From Candidatus Omnitrophota bacterium (GTDB lineage: Bacteria > Omnitrophota > Gorgyraeia > 2-02-FULL-51-18): DNA of 64,000 bases. The notes beneath the pieces were generated by a model that was given only the letters and a program-made list of their open reading frames with translations, had not been told where the DNA came from and did not search any database. The position numbers were made by a program, and so were the translations under genes. This document shows positions 10,635 to 20,496 of the stretch, in pieces. Location: contig CAMDWQ010000008.1 in assembly GCA_945877765.1 (NCBI GenBank), positions 13,774 to 77,773 of the forward strand. The letters run 5' to 3'. Position 1 is the stretch's first letter. Each line of letters starts with the position of its first letter.

Positions 10635-11945
10635 TTGATCTCGCCGCAATTTTTTATTTCTTACCTGATTCTTATTTTCGCCTGGGCATTCTCCGGACCT
10701 ATTGTCGCCGCAGTGCTTAGTTTTTTAGCGGTGGCGGTCGTGTTTTATTTTTGCCTAGCCATGAAAGAGCCTTCTTATTTCCTTCAGATCTTTTTTTACG
10801 GGCTACTTTTTCTTTTTATTGTTTCATTTCTTTATGAAGTTCAAAAAAAACTGAACAACCGACGTCTTGTGTACGAAAAAATGCTCGAAGATACTCTATT
10901 GGCTCGGGAGGAATCTTCAAAAAAAGTGGATTTAAAAAAAGCGCTGGAGGACAAGATCGAGCGCTTCATCGATCTGCACCGCTTCTCTGATGTTTTGAAA
11001 GATAAGGCCGATGTCAACGATGTGGCGGATCGCATGGTAGCGGATGTGTTGGCTTCATTTTCCAATGCGCAAGAGTGCACGCTTTACTTGGTCGATGAGA
11101 CGCGAGAGCAGCTATGGCTTGCCGCCGCTCGACGCAAGGACAATGCGGTGGTCCGTGAAAAGCGTGGAAGTGTTTTTGATCAGTGGGTGTTGCGCCGTTC
11201 ACGTGCGGTTGTTGTCGAGGACTCTAGAGCCGACTTTCGTTTTGGTCTCGAAAGAAATGCCCAAGACATCGACTTGCGTTCGGTGGCGGCAAGTCCCTTG
11301 ATGTCGGAAAACAAAGTGCTTGGTGTATTACGTATTAGCTCACCCGAAGCGGCGCAGTTTAGTCCGGATGACTTGCGCTATCTGGACATCATTTCAGATC
11401 TTGGGGCGGGAATTTTACGAAACCGTCTTTTGTATAAAAAGATGGAAGAATTGGCTGTCCATGACAGTCTCACCGGATTGTATCTGAACCGTTTCTTCCA
11501 AAGCCGCCTTGACGAAGAAATTCTGCGCACCCAGGTTAACCGCAAATCATTTTCAGTTATTTTGCTCGATATTGATTTTTTTAAACGCTACAACGACGAA
11601 TACGGTCACTCCGCGGGGGATCTGGTAATTAAAAGCATTGCGGGTGTTCTGCAAAACTGTGTCAGTCCGGTGGATACGGTAGCGCGCTACGGCGGGGAAG
11701 AGTTTGTTGTTCTTCTGCCGAATAAAAATAAAGCAGAAGCAATGGTTATCGCCGAAAGGATTCGTTTAGCTATCGAAGGCAACCATTTTTACCTGCGCCG
11801 CATTGAGAGTCATGTGACGGCCTCTTTGGGTGTCGTGAGTTTTCCGGAGGCCGGATTTACCAGAGAAGAAATAATCCGTCTAGCGGATGAAAATCTTTAT
11901 CAAGCCAAAAGATTGGGAAAGAATCGCGTATGTGGAAATATTTAA
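10635..11945 (+). CDS. Membrane-anchored GAF–GGDEF diguanylate cyclase
   Basis: N-terminal TM helices, a GAF-like middle region, and a C-terminal GGDEF domain (HDSLTGLYLNRFF…RYGGEEFVVLLP). The start is uncertain: the track uses TTG 10635. Confidence 0.8.
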   Translation: MISPQFFISYLILIFAWAFSGPIVAAVLSFLAVAVVFYFCLAMKEPSYFLQIFFYGLLFLFIVSFLYEVQKKLNNRRLVYEKMLEDTLLAREESSKKVDLKKALEDKIERFIDLHRFSDVLKDKADVNDVADRMVADVLASFSNAQECTLYLVDETREQLWLAAARRKDNAVVREKRGSVFDQWVLRRSRAVVVEDSRADFRFGLERNAQDIDLRSVAASPLMSENKVLGVLRISSPEAAQFSPDDLRYLDIISDLGAGILRNRLLYKKMEELAVHDSLTGLYLNRFFQSRLDEEILRTQVNRKSFSVILLDIDFFKRYNDEYGHSAGDLVIKSIAGVLQNCVSPVDTVARYGGEEFVVLLPNKNKAEAMVIAERIRLAIEGNHFYLRRIESHVTASLGVVSFPEAGFTREEIIRLADENLYQAKRLGKNRVCGNI

Positions 11946-13297
11946 TTCTCAACGCGCTTTGGTTTTCTATTTTATTTTTGGTGCACTTTGTCGGCTCCAC
12001 CAAAGACCGTCGGATTGTATTTATCTCTATTTTTGCTCTAGCGGCTTACTTGGCAGCGAGGACGCCGATCGACCCTTTTGCATGGATGTACTACGTTTTG
12101 TTCTCTTTTCTTGTGTTTTATGGTGCTGGCCAGTTTAGGGAATGGGCTTTCGCAGGCGCCACTATTCTTGAAGACGAAATTGATATGGCCTCGCGCGAAT
12201 ATGGCCATGCCCGTCATTTGCTTTCGGAGAAATCCCTAGAAGCCGAAATTCTTGAAAAGCGGGCCGCGGAGATTTCTGGGCTTTATGACAAGGTCAAAGA
12301 GATGTCCCGCAGTCTGGATGCCATCGAGGTGTTTCTCATTTTTGGTGAAGCGCTGGCGGAGTATTTTGAATTTCAGACGATGAAGCTGGTTTCTTTTGAC
12401 GAAGAAAGTCTGGGGATGATTCCTACGGACGAAGTGTATGAGCTTAGTTCGAAGGATTTTTTGGGGCTGTTTGACCGCAAGTATCTTTTAAAAAACAGAG
12501 AAAAGGCGCGTGGAACTCTTTTTCCTGGGGATACTAAAATTTTTAACCATATTTTTAAAACGCAGCGGCCGGTAGAAACAGAAGATTTGCATGATATTTT
12601 CCAGGCGCAGTTGATGCAGAATCAGAATTTGGTGGCGTATCCGATGTCAGTGCACAAAAAAATCTTCGGGATTGTTATGCTGGCCGGCTTGCGCTCTGAA
12701 AACAAGAGGCTCTTGCGTATCTTGATTGAGCGCTTTGTATCCGAGATGGAGCGGGTGCGTCTGTATGAACGTGTGGAAACGCTGGCTATCACCGACGGAC
12801 TTACCGGCGTCTATGTGCGCCGCCATCTTTTGGACCGCTTGACGGGAGAGTTGGACCGCTCGAGGCGCTTTGGTTTTAAGCTGTCATTTTTGATGATCGA
12901 TATCGATTTTTTTAAGCGCTTCAATGACAGCTATGGCCATCTGGTGGGGGATGCGGTGCTTAAGCAAGTTGCTGAAGCCATTAAAAGCAGTGTGCGTGAA
13001 GTAGATTTGGTGGGCCGCTATGGCGGGGAAGAATTTGGAGTGCTTTTGATCGAGACAGATGAAAATCTTGCTTTCCTGGTGGCTGAACGTATCCGGCGAA
13101 CCATCGAGGAAAAAGCTTTTAAAGCTTACGATGAAAAATTGAAAGTCACGGTGAGTATCGGCTGCTCAACCTATTCTTACTATGAAGTTTTGGATGCGAC
13201 GATGATTGTTGAGACCGCGGATTCAGCCCTTTACCAGGCCAAGCGACAGGGGCGCAATCGAGTGTGTCTTTACAACCTGCCCAAAGCGCCCCCATGA
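11930..13297 (+). CDS. Membrane-anchored GAF–GGDEF diguanylate cyclase (paralogue of the previous gene)
   Basis: TM N-terminus, and a GGDEF domain with an intact site (ITDGLTGVYVRRHL…RYGGEEFGVLL). It overlaps the previous gene by 16 nt. Confidence 0.8.
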   Translation: MWKYLILNALWFSILFLVHFVGSTKDRRIVFISIFALAAYLAARTPIDPFAWMYYVLFSFLVFYGAGQFREWAFAGATILEDEIDMASREYGHARHLLSEKSLEAEILEKRAAEISGLYDKVKEMSRSLDAIEVFLIFGEALAEYFEFQTMKLVSFDEESLGMIPTDEVYELSSKDFLGLFDRKYLLKNREKARGTLFPGDTKIFNHIFKTQRPVETEDLHDIFQAQLMQNQNLVAYPMSVHKKIFGIVMLAGLRSENKRLLRILIERFVSEMERVRLYERVETLAITDGLTGVYVRRHLLDRLTGELDRSRRFGFKLSFLMIDIDFFKRFNDSYGHLVGDAVLKQVAEAIKSSVREVDLVGRYGGEEFGVLLIETDENLAFLVAERIRRTIEEKAFKAYDEKLKVTVSIGCSTYSYYEVLDATMIVETADSALYQAKRQGRNRVCLYNLPKAPP

Positions 13298-13316
13298 GTG
13301 TGATATAATTCTACCA

Positions 13317-14270
13317 ATGAAAAAAGTGGCGATTGGAGTAGATATCGGTGGCACCAGTGTCAGATTAGGTGTCGTAGACGAACGCGGAAAGATTGTCCTG
13401 CGCGAGAACTTTTCTACTAAAGATTATCCGGGGAGACCCGCCCTTTTAAACCGGCTTTCATCCGGCATTTTATGTTTAGCGTTGGAGGCTCGTAAGCGCC
13501 AATTTCAAATCACCGGTGTTGGGATCGGGGCGCCCGGCCCGATTGATGTCGAAAGAGGTTTTGTTTATTTTTTCCCCAATATTCCTGGTTGGAAAAATAC
13601 CCCGCTTAAAAAAATTCTCGAGAGAAAATTTAAAATGAAAGTATTTGTGGATAATGACGCGAATGCGATGGCGCTGGGGGAGTACCGATTTGGCGCCGGC
13701 CGTGGTTCCAAAAATATGATCGCACTGACGCTGGGCACAGGTATCGGCGGGGGTATTGTTTTGGGCGGAAAACTATTTCACGGCACGCGTTTTTCCGCGG
13801 CAGAAATTGGGCATCTAAAAATTAATGAAGACGGGCCGCTTTGCGCCTGCGGCAACCATGGTTGTATTGAAGCCTATATTGGCAATGGTTATTTTGTGCG
13901 CGAGGTCCAAAAACGTTTAAAAGCTAAGGCTAAAAGCATTCTCCATGAGTGGCTTCGAGAGGGGAAGGAATTGACCCCCAAATTAGTTCAGGACGCGGCT
14001 CGGACCGGCGATCTGTTTTCCAAAAAAATGTGGGAAGAAGCCGGATCTCACCTAGGGACAGCGCTGGCAGGTTTGGTGGATATTTTGAATCCCGACCGCA
14101 TTGTCATCGGCGGAGGGATCGCGCTGGGCGGTGAGATGATTTTTGGTCCCATCCGTCGGACAATCGCTAAAAAAGCTTTCCCCATCGCGGCCCGTTCTGC
14201 TAAAGTAATGCCGGCAAAGTTGGGCGCCGACGCAGGGCTTGTCGGCGCTGCGGCTCTCGCCTTAACCTAA
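13317..14270 (+). CDS. ROK-family sugar kinase (glucokinase-like)
   Basis: MKKVAIGVDIGGTSVRLGVVD…, the Cys cluster CACGNHGCIEAYIGNGY and GGGIALGG are all ROK signatures. ATG 13317 was chosen over the track's upstream start 13206, which would overlap the GGDEF gene. Confidence 0.8.
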   Translation: MKKVAIGVDIGGTSVRLGVVDERGKIVLRENFSTKDYPGRPALLNRLSSGILCLALEARKRQFQITGVGIGAPGPIDVERGFVYFFPNIPGWKNTPLKKILERKFKMKVFVDNDANAMALGEYRFGAGRGSKNMIALTLGTGIGGGIVLGGKLFHGTRFSAAEIGHLKINEDGPLCACGNHGCIEAYIGNGYFVREVQKRLKAKAKSILHEWLREGKELTPKLVQDAARTGDLFSKKMWEEAGSHLGTALAGLVDILNPDRIVIGGGIALGGEMIFGPIRRTIAKKAFPIAARSAKVMPAKLGADAGLVGAAALALT

Positions 14271-14284
14271 AATCAGACTTACTT

Positions 14285-16486
14285 TTGGAGACTGTTAGAC
14301 GGATGAGACCATCGCTTAAAAAATCGATCCGTCGGTTGGCATTTCTTAGCTTCTTGACCCTTTTTATTCCGGCAATTCTCGCCCATGCCAAAGACCAGGA
14401 AAAAGCAATCGCGGACACGACCACCCCTATTCAGATTCATGGGGATGTTGTCGAATACTTTCAGGAAGAGAACAAAACGATAGGCACGGGGCACGTGGTC
14501 ATTGATTACGACGGTGCTAAGCTAGAGGCCGATAAGATCACGGTTTATATGGGAATGAAAAAAGCCGTTGCTGAGGGCAACGTCACCCTAACTCAAGGGG
14601 GCAGCGTGTTTAAAGGGCCGCACGCGGAGTACGATTACGAGAAAAAAATTGGTTACGTAGATAAGATGAGCGCGACGGTTCCTCTGACGCCGCCCGATCT
14701 ATCCAAGCAGTCCACTCAGCCGGCATTGCCTGTCAATGAGATTACCAATCAAGAGTATTTTATCAAGGCACGGCGCATTGAAAAAGTTTCTGATACGCAA
14801 TTTCGTGCCGTGGACAGCTATGTGACCACCTGCTGCGGTGACAGCCCCTTTTATAAAATCCAAGCCAGACAAATCGATATTTTCCCCAAGGACAAGATTG
14901 TGATTCGCAACGCACTCATGTATATCAAGGGAGTGCCAGTGCTTTTTATTCCTTATTTCGTTCAGCCGATGGTTGATTTTAACCGCTTGCCGGTAGAATT
15001 AGTCCCCGGAAAGAGTCGCGAATGGGGCGCCTTCCTTTTGTCAAAATGGCGCTACAATTTGGTGAATCGTGAAGATTTTTCCGTGAAGGGGGCGGCGCTT
15101 CTGGATTATCGTGAAAAGAGAGGCTTTGGCGAAGGACTCGATACCTATTACCACGGCGACAAAGTAGGCCACGGAGTTATTCGCGGCTATTATGCCAATG
15201 ACAACGAATCACCTATCAATGCGACGCCAGACCGCTATCGAGCCCAGTGGCGGCATCAGTCCAAAATTACCAAGGACACAACGATGACCGTGGAAATCAA
15301 TAAATTAAGCGATGACCAGATTGTGAAAGATTTCTTTTACCGCGAGGAATATGAGCGCAGCGTTGTCCCGGATAATTATATTTCAATTATCACAACCAAG
15401 CCGGAATATACCTTCAGCATTTTGGAGCGGCACCGTATCGATGAGTTTTATTCTTCGGTTAATCGGGATCCCGAATTAAGGTTTGACACGCATAACCGTC
15501 CGATCGGAAACACGCCGTTTTACCTCAGGCACGAAGCGCAGTTCACCAATTTGCAGAAGGAATTTTCCCGTCAGAGCGATGAACTGCACGTGACACGATT
15601 TGATTTAAATCACACACTTTCCTACGCCGGGCATGTCGGTGGTTTTGCCGTAACGCCTCGCATTGGGGCGCGGGAGACGTTTTATTCGCGTGATTTGGCA
15701 GGGGACACCTCCCATGTGCGCAGCATCGTGGATCCGGGGCTTGATATCAGCACGAAGTATTATAAAATATACGATGTTTTCATTAACCGCTGGGGGTTGG
15801 ATTACAATCAAATTCGGCATACTTTCGAGCCGTCGCTGAGCTACAATTACCGGCCGACGCCAACGGTTTTTTATACGACGCTCCAGCCATTTGATGATAT
15901 TGACGCACTCGACAAACAACATTTTGCGCGCTTTTATTTTCAAAATAATTTTCAAACCAAAGAGCACGGTTCAGACGGCACGTTGTCTTCCCGTGAGATT
16001 GCGCGAATTGGACCTTATGTCGATTTTAACGCGCTCAATAGCCGCTTGGAAAACCTGGGAGTGGAAGCCGAGCTTCGGCCTTATTCATGGCTGGGGATGA
16101 ATAGCCAGGTGCAAATGGATACCCATTTAGGAAAAGTAAATACCGCTAATTTCGATATCTATTATGACCGGAACCCATGGGTGGTAGGTATCGGCCAGCG
16201 ATATCTCTTGGATGAGAGCAGCCAGACGACCGCATACGCCGAGCTAAAGATAAAAGACTGGGAGTTTAAAGTCTACGAGCGGTTTGAATTTCAGGAAAAT
16301 AAGTCGAAGGAATTTGAGGCAACGGTTTCCAAATACTGGAATTGCATCATCACTGACTTTACGTACAACCATGCTGAAGGCGATACTTTTTATTTCGCCA
16401 TACGCCTCAAAGCATTTCCTGCGCTGCCTTTTAGTTTGCGGCAGACGTACAACCAGCCCAGAGCTAATGCTATTCGCGAGTTTTAA
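14285..16486 (+). CDS. lptD: LPS-assembly protein LptD (OstA family)
   Basis: Signal peptide, then an OstA/LptA-like N-terminal beta-jellyroll (IQIHGDVVEYFQEENKTIGTGHVVIDYDGAKLEADKITVY…), then a large Tyr/Asn-rich C-terminal beta-barrel region. 733 aa. Confidence 0.75.
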   Translation: METVRRMRPSLKKSIRRLAFLSFLTLFIPAILAHAKDQEKAIADTTTPIQIHGDVVEYFQEENKTIGTGHVVIDYDGAKLEADKITVYMGMKKAVAEGNVTLTQGGSVFKGPHAEYDYEKKIGYVDKMSATVPLTPPDLSKQSTQPALPVNEITNQEYFIKARRIEKVSDTQFRAVDSYVTTCCGDSPFYKIQARQIDIFPKDKIVIRNALMYIKGVPVLFIPYFVQPMVDFNRLPVELVPGKSREWGAFLLSKWRYNLVNREDFSVKGAALLDYREKRGFGEGLDTYYHGDKVGHGVIRGYYANDNESPINATPDRYRAQWRHQSKITKDTTMTVEINKLSDDQIVKDFFYREEYERSVVPDNYISIITTKPEYTFSILERHRIDEFYSSVNRDPELRFDTHNRPIGNTPFYLRHEAQFTNLQKEFSRQSDELHVTRFDLNHTLSYAGHVGGFAVTPRIGARETFYSRDLAGDTSHVRSIVDPGLDISTKYYKIYDVFINRWGLDYNQIRHTFEPSLSYNYRPTPTVFYTTLQPFDDIDALDKQHFARFYFQNNFQTKEHGSDGTLSSREIARIGPYVDFNALNSRLENLGVEAELRPYSWLGMNSQVQMDTHLGKVNTANFDIYYDRNPWVVGIGQRYLLDESSQTTAYAELKIKDWEFKVYERFEFQENKSKEFEATVSKYWNCIITDFTYNHAEGDTFYFAIRLKAFPALPFSLRQTYNQPRANAIREF

Positions 16487-16489
16487 GCC

Positions 16490-17797
16490 ATGAAGATTGC
16501 GGTTGTAGGCGCGGGGTACGTTGGGCTTGTGACCAGCACGTGTTTTGCCAGCCTTGGCAACAGCGTGACCTGTGTCGACATCGATGAAAAAAAAATAGCC
16601 GCACTCAAAAAAGGCAAGATGCCTATTTATGAGCCGGGCCTCGAAGAGCTTGTCCGCCAAAATCTTAAGAAGAAAAATCTTTCGTTTACAACTAATTTAA
16701 AGACAGCGGTCCATCAATCCGATGTTATTTTTATCGCGGTGGGAACACCCCCCAAACCCAATGGGGAGGCGGATCTCTCTTTTGTGGAAAACGTCGCCCG
16801 TACGATTGCCAGGGAGATGACGTCCTACAAACTCATCGTTGAAAAAAGTACAGTTCCAGTTCAAACAGGCAGCTGGATACGAGATACGGTGATGCGCTAT
16901 TGCAAAAAAAACGTCGCCTTTGATGTCGCGTCCAATCCTGAATTTTTACGGGAAGGGACCGCGGTCAAAGATTTTATGAATCCCGATCGCGTGGTCTTGG
17001 GTGTTGATTCAAAGCGAGCGGAAAAACTTCTCACCGAGCTTTATAAGCCTCTTAAAGCGACGCTTGTATTCACCGATATCAAGAGCGCTGAAATTATTAA
17101 GCATGCTTCCAATTCATTTTTGGCAATGAAGATATCTTTTATCAACGCGATCAGCCGAATCTGTGAATTAGCAAAGGCGGACGTGGAACAAGTGGCTACA
17201 GGCATGGGATTGGACCGGAGAATCGGAAGAAATTTTCTCGATGCGGGATTGGGTTTTGGCGGTTTTTGTTTCCCCAAGGATCTAGCGGCGTTTATCCGTA
17301 TATCAGAAAAGCTGGGCTACGATTTTGAATTGCTTAAAGCGGTAGAAAAAATCAACGAGGACCAAAAAAAATATTTTGTCAAAAAAATTGAGCATGCCCT
17401 TTGGAATGTGAATTCTAAGACCATTGCGATTCTGGGACTTGCGTTTAAACCCAATACCGACGACATGCGTTTTGCGCCGAGCCTAGATATTATCGCGGAT
17501 CTCCAAGCGATGGGAGCCAAGATCAGGGCTTATGACCCGCACGCGTCCGCCAATGCCAAAAAGACATTAACAAAAGTCACTTTCTGCAAAGATGCTTACG
17601 AAGCCTGCAAAGGAAGTGATTGTGTGGTGATTCTCACGGAGTGGGATGAGTTTAAGGAAATCAATCTTGTAAAAGTTAAAAAACTTCTTGCGCAGCCGGT
17701 GGTGATTGACGGCCGCAATATCTATGATCCTGAGGAAATGCAAAAGCTTGGTTTCCGGTATTTTTCGATTGGCCGGCCCACAAAGGAGAAGCGATGA
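16490..17797 (+). CDS. ugd: UDP-glucose 6-dehydrogenase
   Basis: MKIAVVGAGYVGLVTSTCFA…, a catalytic Cys region (GFGGFCFPKD) and a C-terminal UDP-binding domain. This is the UDP-glucose/GDP-mannose dehydrogenase family. Confidence 0.9.
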   Translation: MKIAVVGAGYVGLVTSTCFASLGNSVTCVDIDEKKIAALKKGKMPIYEPGLEELVRQNLKKKNLSFTTNLKTAVHQSDVIFIAVGTPPKPNGEADLSFVENVARTIAREMTSYKLIVEKSTVPVQTGSWIRDTVMRYCKKNVAFDVASNPEFLREGTAVKDFMNPDRVVLGVDSKRAEKLLTELYKPLKATLVFTDIKSAEIIKHASNSFLAMKISFINAISRICELAKADVEQVATGMGLDRRIGRNFLDAGLGFGGFCFPKDLAAFIRISEKLGYDFELLKAVEKINEDQKKYFVKKIEHALWNVNSKTIAILGLAFKPNTDDMRFAPSLDIIADLQAMGAKIRAYDPHASANAKKTLTKVTFCKDAYEACKGSDCVVILTEWDEFKEINLVKVKKLLAQPVVIDGRNIYDPEEMQKLGFRYFSIGRPTKEKR

Positions 17798-18561
17798 AGG
17801 ATTTAAAAGGGATTATTCTTGCGGGCGGCCTGGGAACAAGGCTTGCCCCGCTGACCAAAATCACCAACAAGCACTTGTTGCCCATTTATGACAAGCCGAT
17901 GATTTATTATCCGATTTCCTATTTGGTCGATGCCGGCATTCACGACATTTCTATTGTGACCGGCGGAAATCATGCGGGAGATTTTTTACGCCTTCTGGGA
18001 AACGGGCAGGCGTTTGGGCTATCTCACATCAATTATACGTATCAAGAGGGCGAGGGCGGAATTGCCCAGGCGCTTTCTCTGACGCAGTATTTTTCTCAAG
18101 GGTCGCGGATGATCGTAATCCTCGGGGACAACATCCTGGAGAAGGGGATTGCACCCTACGTTGCCAATTTTCACCGGCAGGAAAAAGGGGCGCGTGTTTT
18201 GCTTAAAGAGGTCAGTGACCCAGGCCGTTTTGGCGTCGCGACGCTTGAAGGGAATAAAATTACCGAAATTGAAGAGAAGCCTAAAAATCCAAAATCAAAT
18301 CTGGCGGTGACCGGAATCTATATGTACGACGAGAGCGTTTTTGAGATTATCAAAACGCTGAAGCCTTCCGGGCGGGGGGAGCTTGAGATCACGGATGTCA
18401 ACAACGCCTATATCCGGCGCGGCGAGCTCGAGTACGACGTTCTTGATGGTTGGTGGACGGATAGCGGTACTTTTGATTCTTTGCTGCAGGCCAATCATTT
18501 GGTTGCCAAGAAAGCTTTATTGGAAAAGAAAAAGGAAAGAAAAAATGGCGTCCTTGGCTAA
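17794..18561 (+). CDS. Sugar-1-phosphate nucleotidyltransferase (glucose-1-phosphate thymidylyltransferase-like)
   Basis: MKDLKGIILAGGLGTRLAPLTKITNKHLLPIYDKPMIYYPIS is an NTP-transferase signature (GxGTRLxPxT…K). It overlaps the ugd stop by 4 nt. Confidence 0.8.
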   Translation: MKDLKGIILAGGLGTRLAPLTKITNKHLLPIYDKPMIYYPISYLVDAGIHDISIVTGGNHAGDFLRLLGNGQAFGLSHINYTYQEGEGGIAQALSLTQYFSQGSRMIVILGDNILEKGIAPYVANFHRQEKGARVLLKEVSDPGRFGVATLEGNKITEIEEKPKNPKSNLAVTGIYMYDESVFEIIKTLKPSGRGELEITDVNNAYIRRGELEYDVLDGWWTDSGTFDSLLQANHLVAKKALLEKKKERKNGVLG

Positions 18562-19576
18562 AAAAAAGTATTTGGTAACCGGCGGCGCCGGATTTATTGG
18601 CTCGTATCTCGTGAAAGATTGGCTTGCCCTGGACCCGCAGGTACAGATTGTCAATCTGGACAAACTCACGTACAGCGGCGACATTTCACGTCTTGACGAT
18701 GTCCATAAGAATCCCCGTCACGCGTTTATCAAAGGCGATGTCTGTGATTCCAAGACGGTAGAGCGCGCCATGGAGGGTTGCTCGGGCGTCATTCATTTGG
18801 CGGCAGAGACTCATGTAGACCGCTCTCTTTTGGATGGCAAAGTTTTTTTTGATACCAATCTTTACGGCACGTATGTGCTTCTGGAGGCGGCTCGCAAAAA
18901 AGGCATCGAACGATTTTTGTACGTGAGCACCGATGAGGTATACGGCAGCTGTGACAAAGGATTTTTCAAAGAGGATGCTCCCGCCAATCCCTCAAGCCCC
19001 TATTCCGTGTCCAAAACAGCCGGCGATCTCTTGGCGCTTTCTTATGGCGGTACTCACGGCATGGATATCGTGGTCACTCGCGGAGCCAATACCTATGGGC
19101 CGTACCAGTATCCTGAGAAGGTAATCCCGCTTTTTATCGCGAACGCACTTTCGGGTGAAAAACTACCTCTTTACGGCGATGGCCTTCAAATTCGTAACTG
19201 GATTTATGTCGCCGACCACTGCCGGGGAATTTTGACCGCTTTCAAAAAAGGAAAAAAAGGTGAGGCCTACAACATTTCTTCCAAAAACTATCTGACCAAC
19301 ATTGATTTGACCCGCCGGCTTTTGAAGGCGCTTGGAAAATCAGAGTCGATGATCGAGCGCGTGAAGGACCGCCTAGGGCATGACCGGCGCTATGCGATTG
19401 ACCCTTCGAAGCTTAAGAAGCTCGGATGGAAGGAAGCGTTTGAATTTGATGAGGCTTTTGCTTCGACGATTGCCTGGTACCGAAAGCACGAGGCTTGGTG
19501 GCGAGCGATCAAGGAAAAAAATTTAGAATTTAAAAAATATTACCAAAAAGCGTACGCTGCGCGCAAAAAATCTTAA
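18545..19576 (+). CDS. rfbB: dTDP-glucose 4,6-dehydratase
   Basis: KKYLVTGGAGFIGS…, YSVSK (YxxxK) and the extended SDR fold. ATG 18545 was chosen; the track's 18383 start would add about 54 non-homologous residues. Confidence 0.9.
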   Translation: MASLAKKKYLVTGGAGFIGSYLVKDWLALDPQVQIVNLDKLTYSGDISRLDDVHKNPRHAFIKGDVCDSKTVERAMEGCSGVIHLAAETHVDRSLLDGKVFFDTNLYGTYVLLEAARKKGIERFLYVSTDEVYGSCDKGFFKEDAPANPSSPYSVSKTAGDLLALSYGGTHGMDIVVTRGANTYGPYQYPEKVIPLFIANALSGEKLPLYGDGLQIRNWIYVADHCRGILTAFKKGKKGEAYNISSKNYLTNIDLTRRLLKALGKSESMIERVKDRLGHDRRYAIDPSKLKKLGWKEAFEFDEAFASTIAWYRKHEAWWRAIKEKNLEFKKYYQKAYAARKKS

Positions 19577-19577
19577 G

Positions 19578-20492
19578 ATGGGTCTTGATAACGTCATGTC
19601 ACCCCGCCGAAAAATTCTTATCACCGGAGCCTCAGGAATGCTGGGGAGTGTTCTGACAAAGCGTCTTTCCTTGGAGGATGAAATTATCGGCCTTTCAAAG
19701 TCTGGCCGAAAAGGGTTTGCCGCTTGTGATTTGTCCGATGAGGCGGCGATTGCCTCCATTTTTGAAAGTAAGAAGCCAGATCTTGTGATTAATACGGCGG
19801 CCTATTCGGATGTGGACGGCTGCGAGCGCGACCCTAAGCTTGCGCATGAAGCCAACGCCTTGGCGGTACGGCACTTGTCGAAGCTTTGCGGCCGCTTTGG
19901 TGCGCCGTTGATTCATGTCAGTACCGATTACGTATTTGACGGCCGCAAGAAAAAGCCTTATGTTGAGACGGATCCGACGAGCCCGGTGAATATTTACGGC
20001 CTGACGAAACTCGAGGGTGAATATTATGCGGCGCATTGCCAAAGCCCTTGGGCAATTGTCCGCACCAGCTGGCTTTTTGGGCCGGATAACCCAGCCAATT
20101 TTGTCAATGCGATCCTAGCGCGCATGAAAACCCAGGGGGAAGTTTCCGTGCTTGGCGATCAGGTGGATGCCCCGACTTCTGTAGAAGATTTGACGCTAGC
20201 GATAAAAAAAATAGCCAGCAGTCTTCTAGCGGCAAAAAAATCAAAAATAAAGTGTGAAACCTATCATGTTTGCAACGGCGGCAGCACGACGCGGTATGAG
20301 ATGACATTAAAAATAAAAGAAATTTTAAAAATGAGTCAGGTGAGAGTATCTAAAACGGACCCGGGAAGCATTCAAGGGCGTCTGGCGATACGCCCGCCTT
20401 ATGCGGTGATGTCTAATCGTCATTTTGAGAAGACGTTTCGCGTCCGGTTAAGGCCCTGGCAAGAGAGTTTAAAGGATTATCTGCTAAACTAA
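19578..20492 (+). CDS. rfbD: dTDP-4-dehydrorhamnose reductase
   Basis: KILITGASGMLGS…YGLTKLEGE (YxxxK) is a short extended-SDR of RmlD type. It sits between rfbB and other sugar-nucleotide genes. Confidence 0.8.
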   Translation: MGLDNVMSPRRKILITGASGMLGSVLTKRLSLEDEIIGLSKSGRKGFAACDLSDEAAIASIFESKKPDLVINTAAYSDVDGCERDPKLAHEANALAVRHLSKLCGRFGAPLIHVSTDYVFDGRKKKPYVETDPTSPVNIYGLTKLEGEYYAAHCQSPWAIVRTSWLFGPDNPANFVNAILARMKTQGEVSVLGDQVDAPTSVEDLTLAIKKIASSLLAAKKSKIKCETYHVCNGGSTTRYEMTLKIKEILKMSQVRVSKTDPGSIQGRLAIRPPYAVMSNRHFEKTFRVRLRPWQESLKDYLLN

Positions 20493-20496
20493 TACG

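Noticed and set aside
13206-13316. Upstream extensions of the track ORFs for the ROK kinase (13206), rfbB (18383), tal (34150), pgi (35195), rnd (37309), rnhB (55349), the PemK toxin (58029), brnA (59602) and the zinc-ribbon protein (60407)
   Set aside because: Each extension overlaps the preceding conserved gene and lacks homology, while an internal ATG, GTG or TTG with a plausible Shine-Dalgarno matches the conserved N-terminus. The starts were trimmed accordingly.
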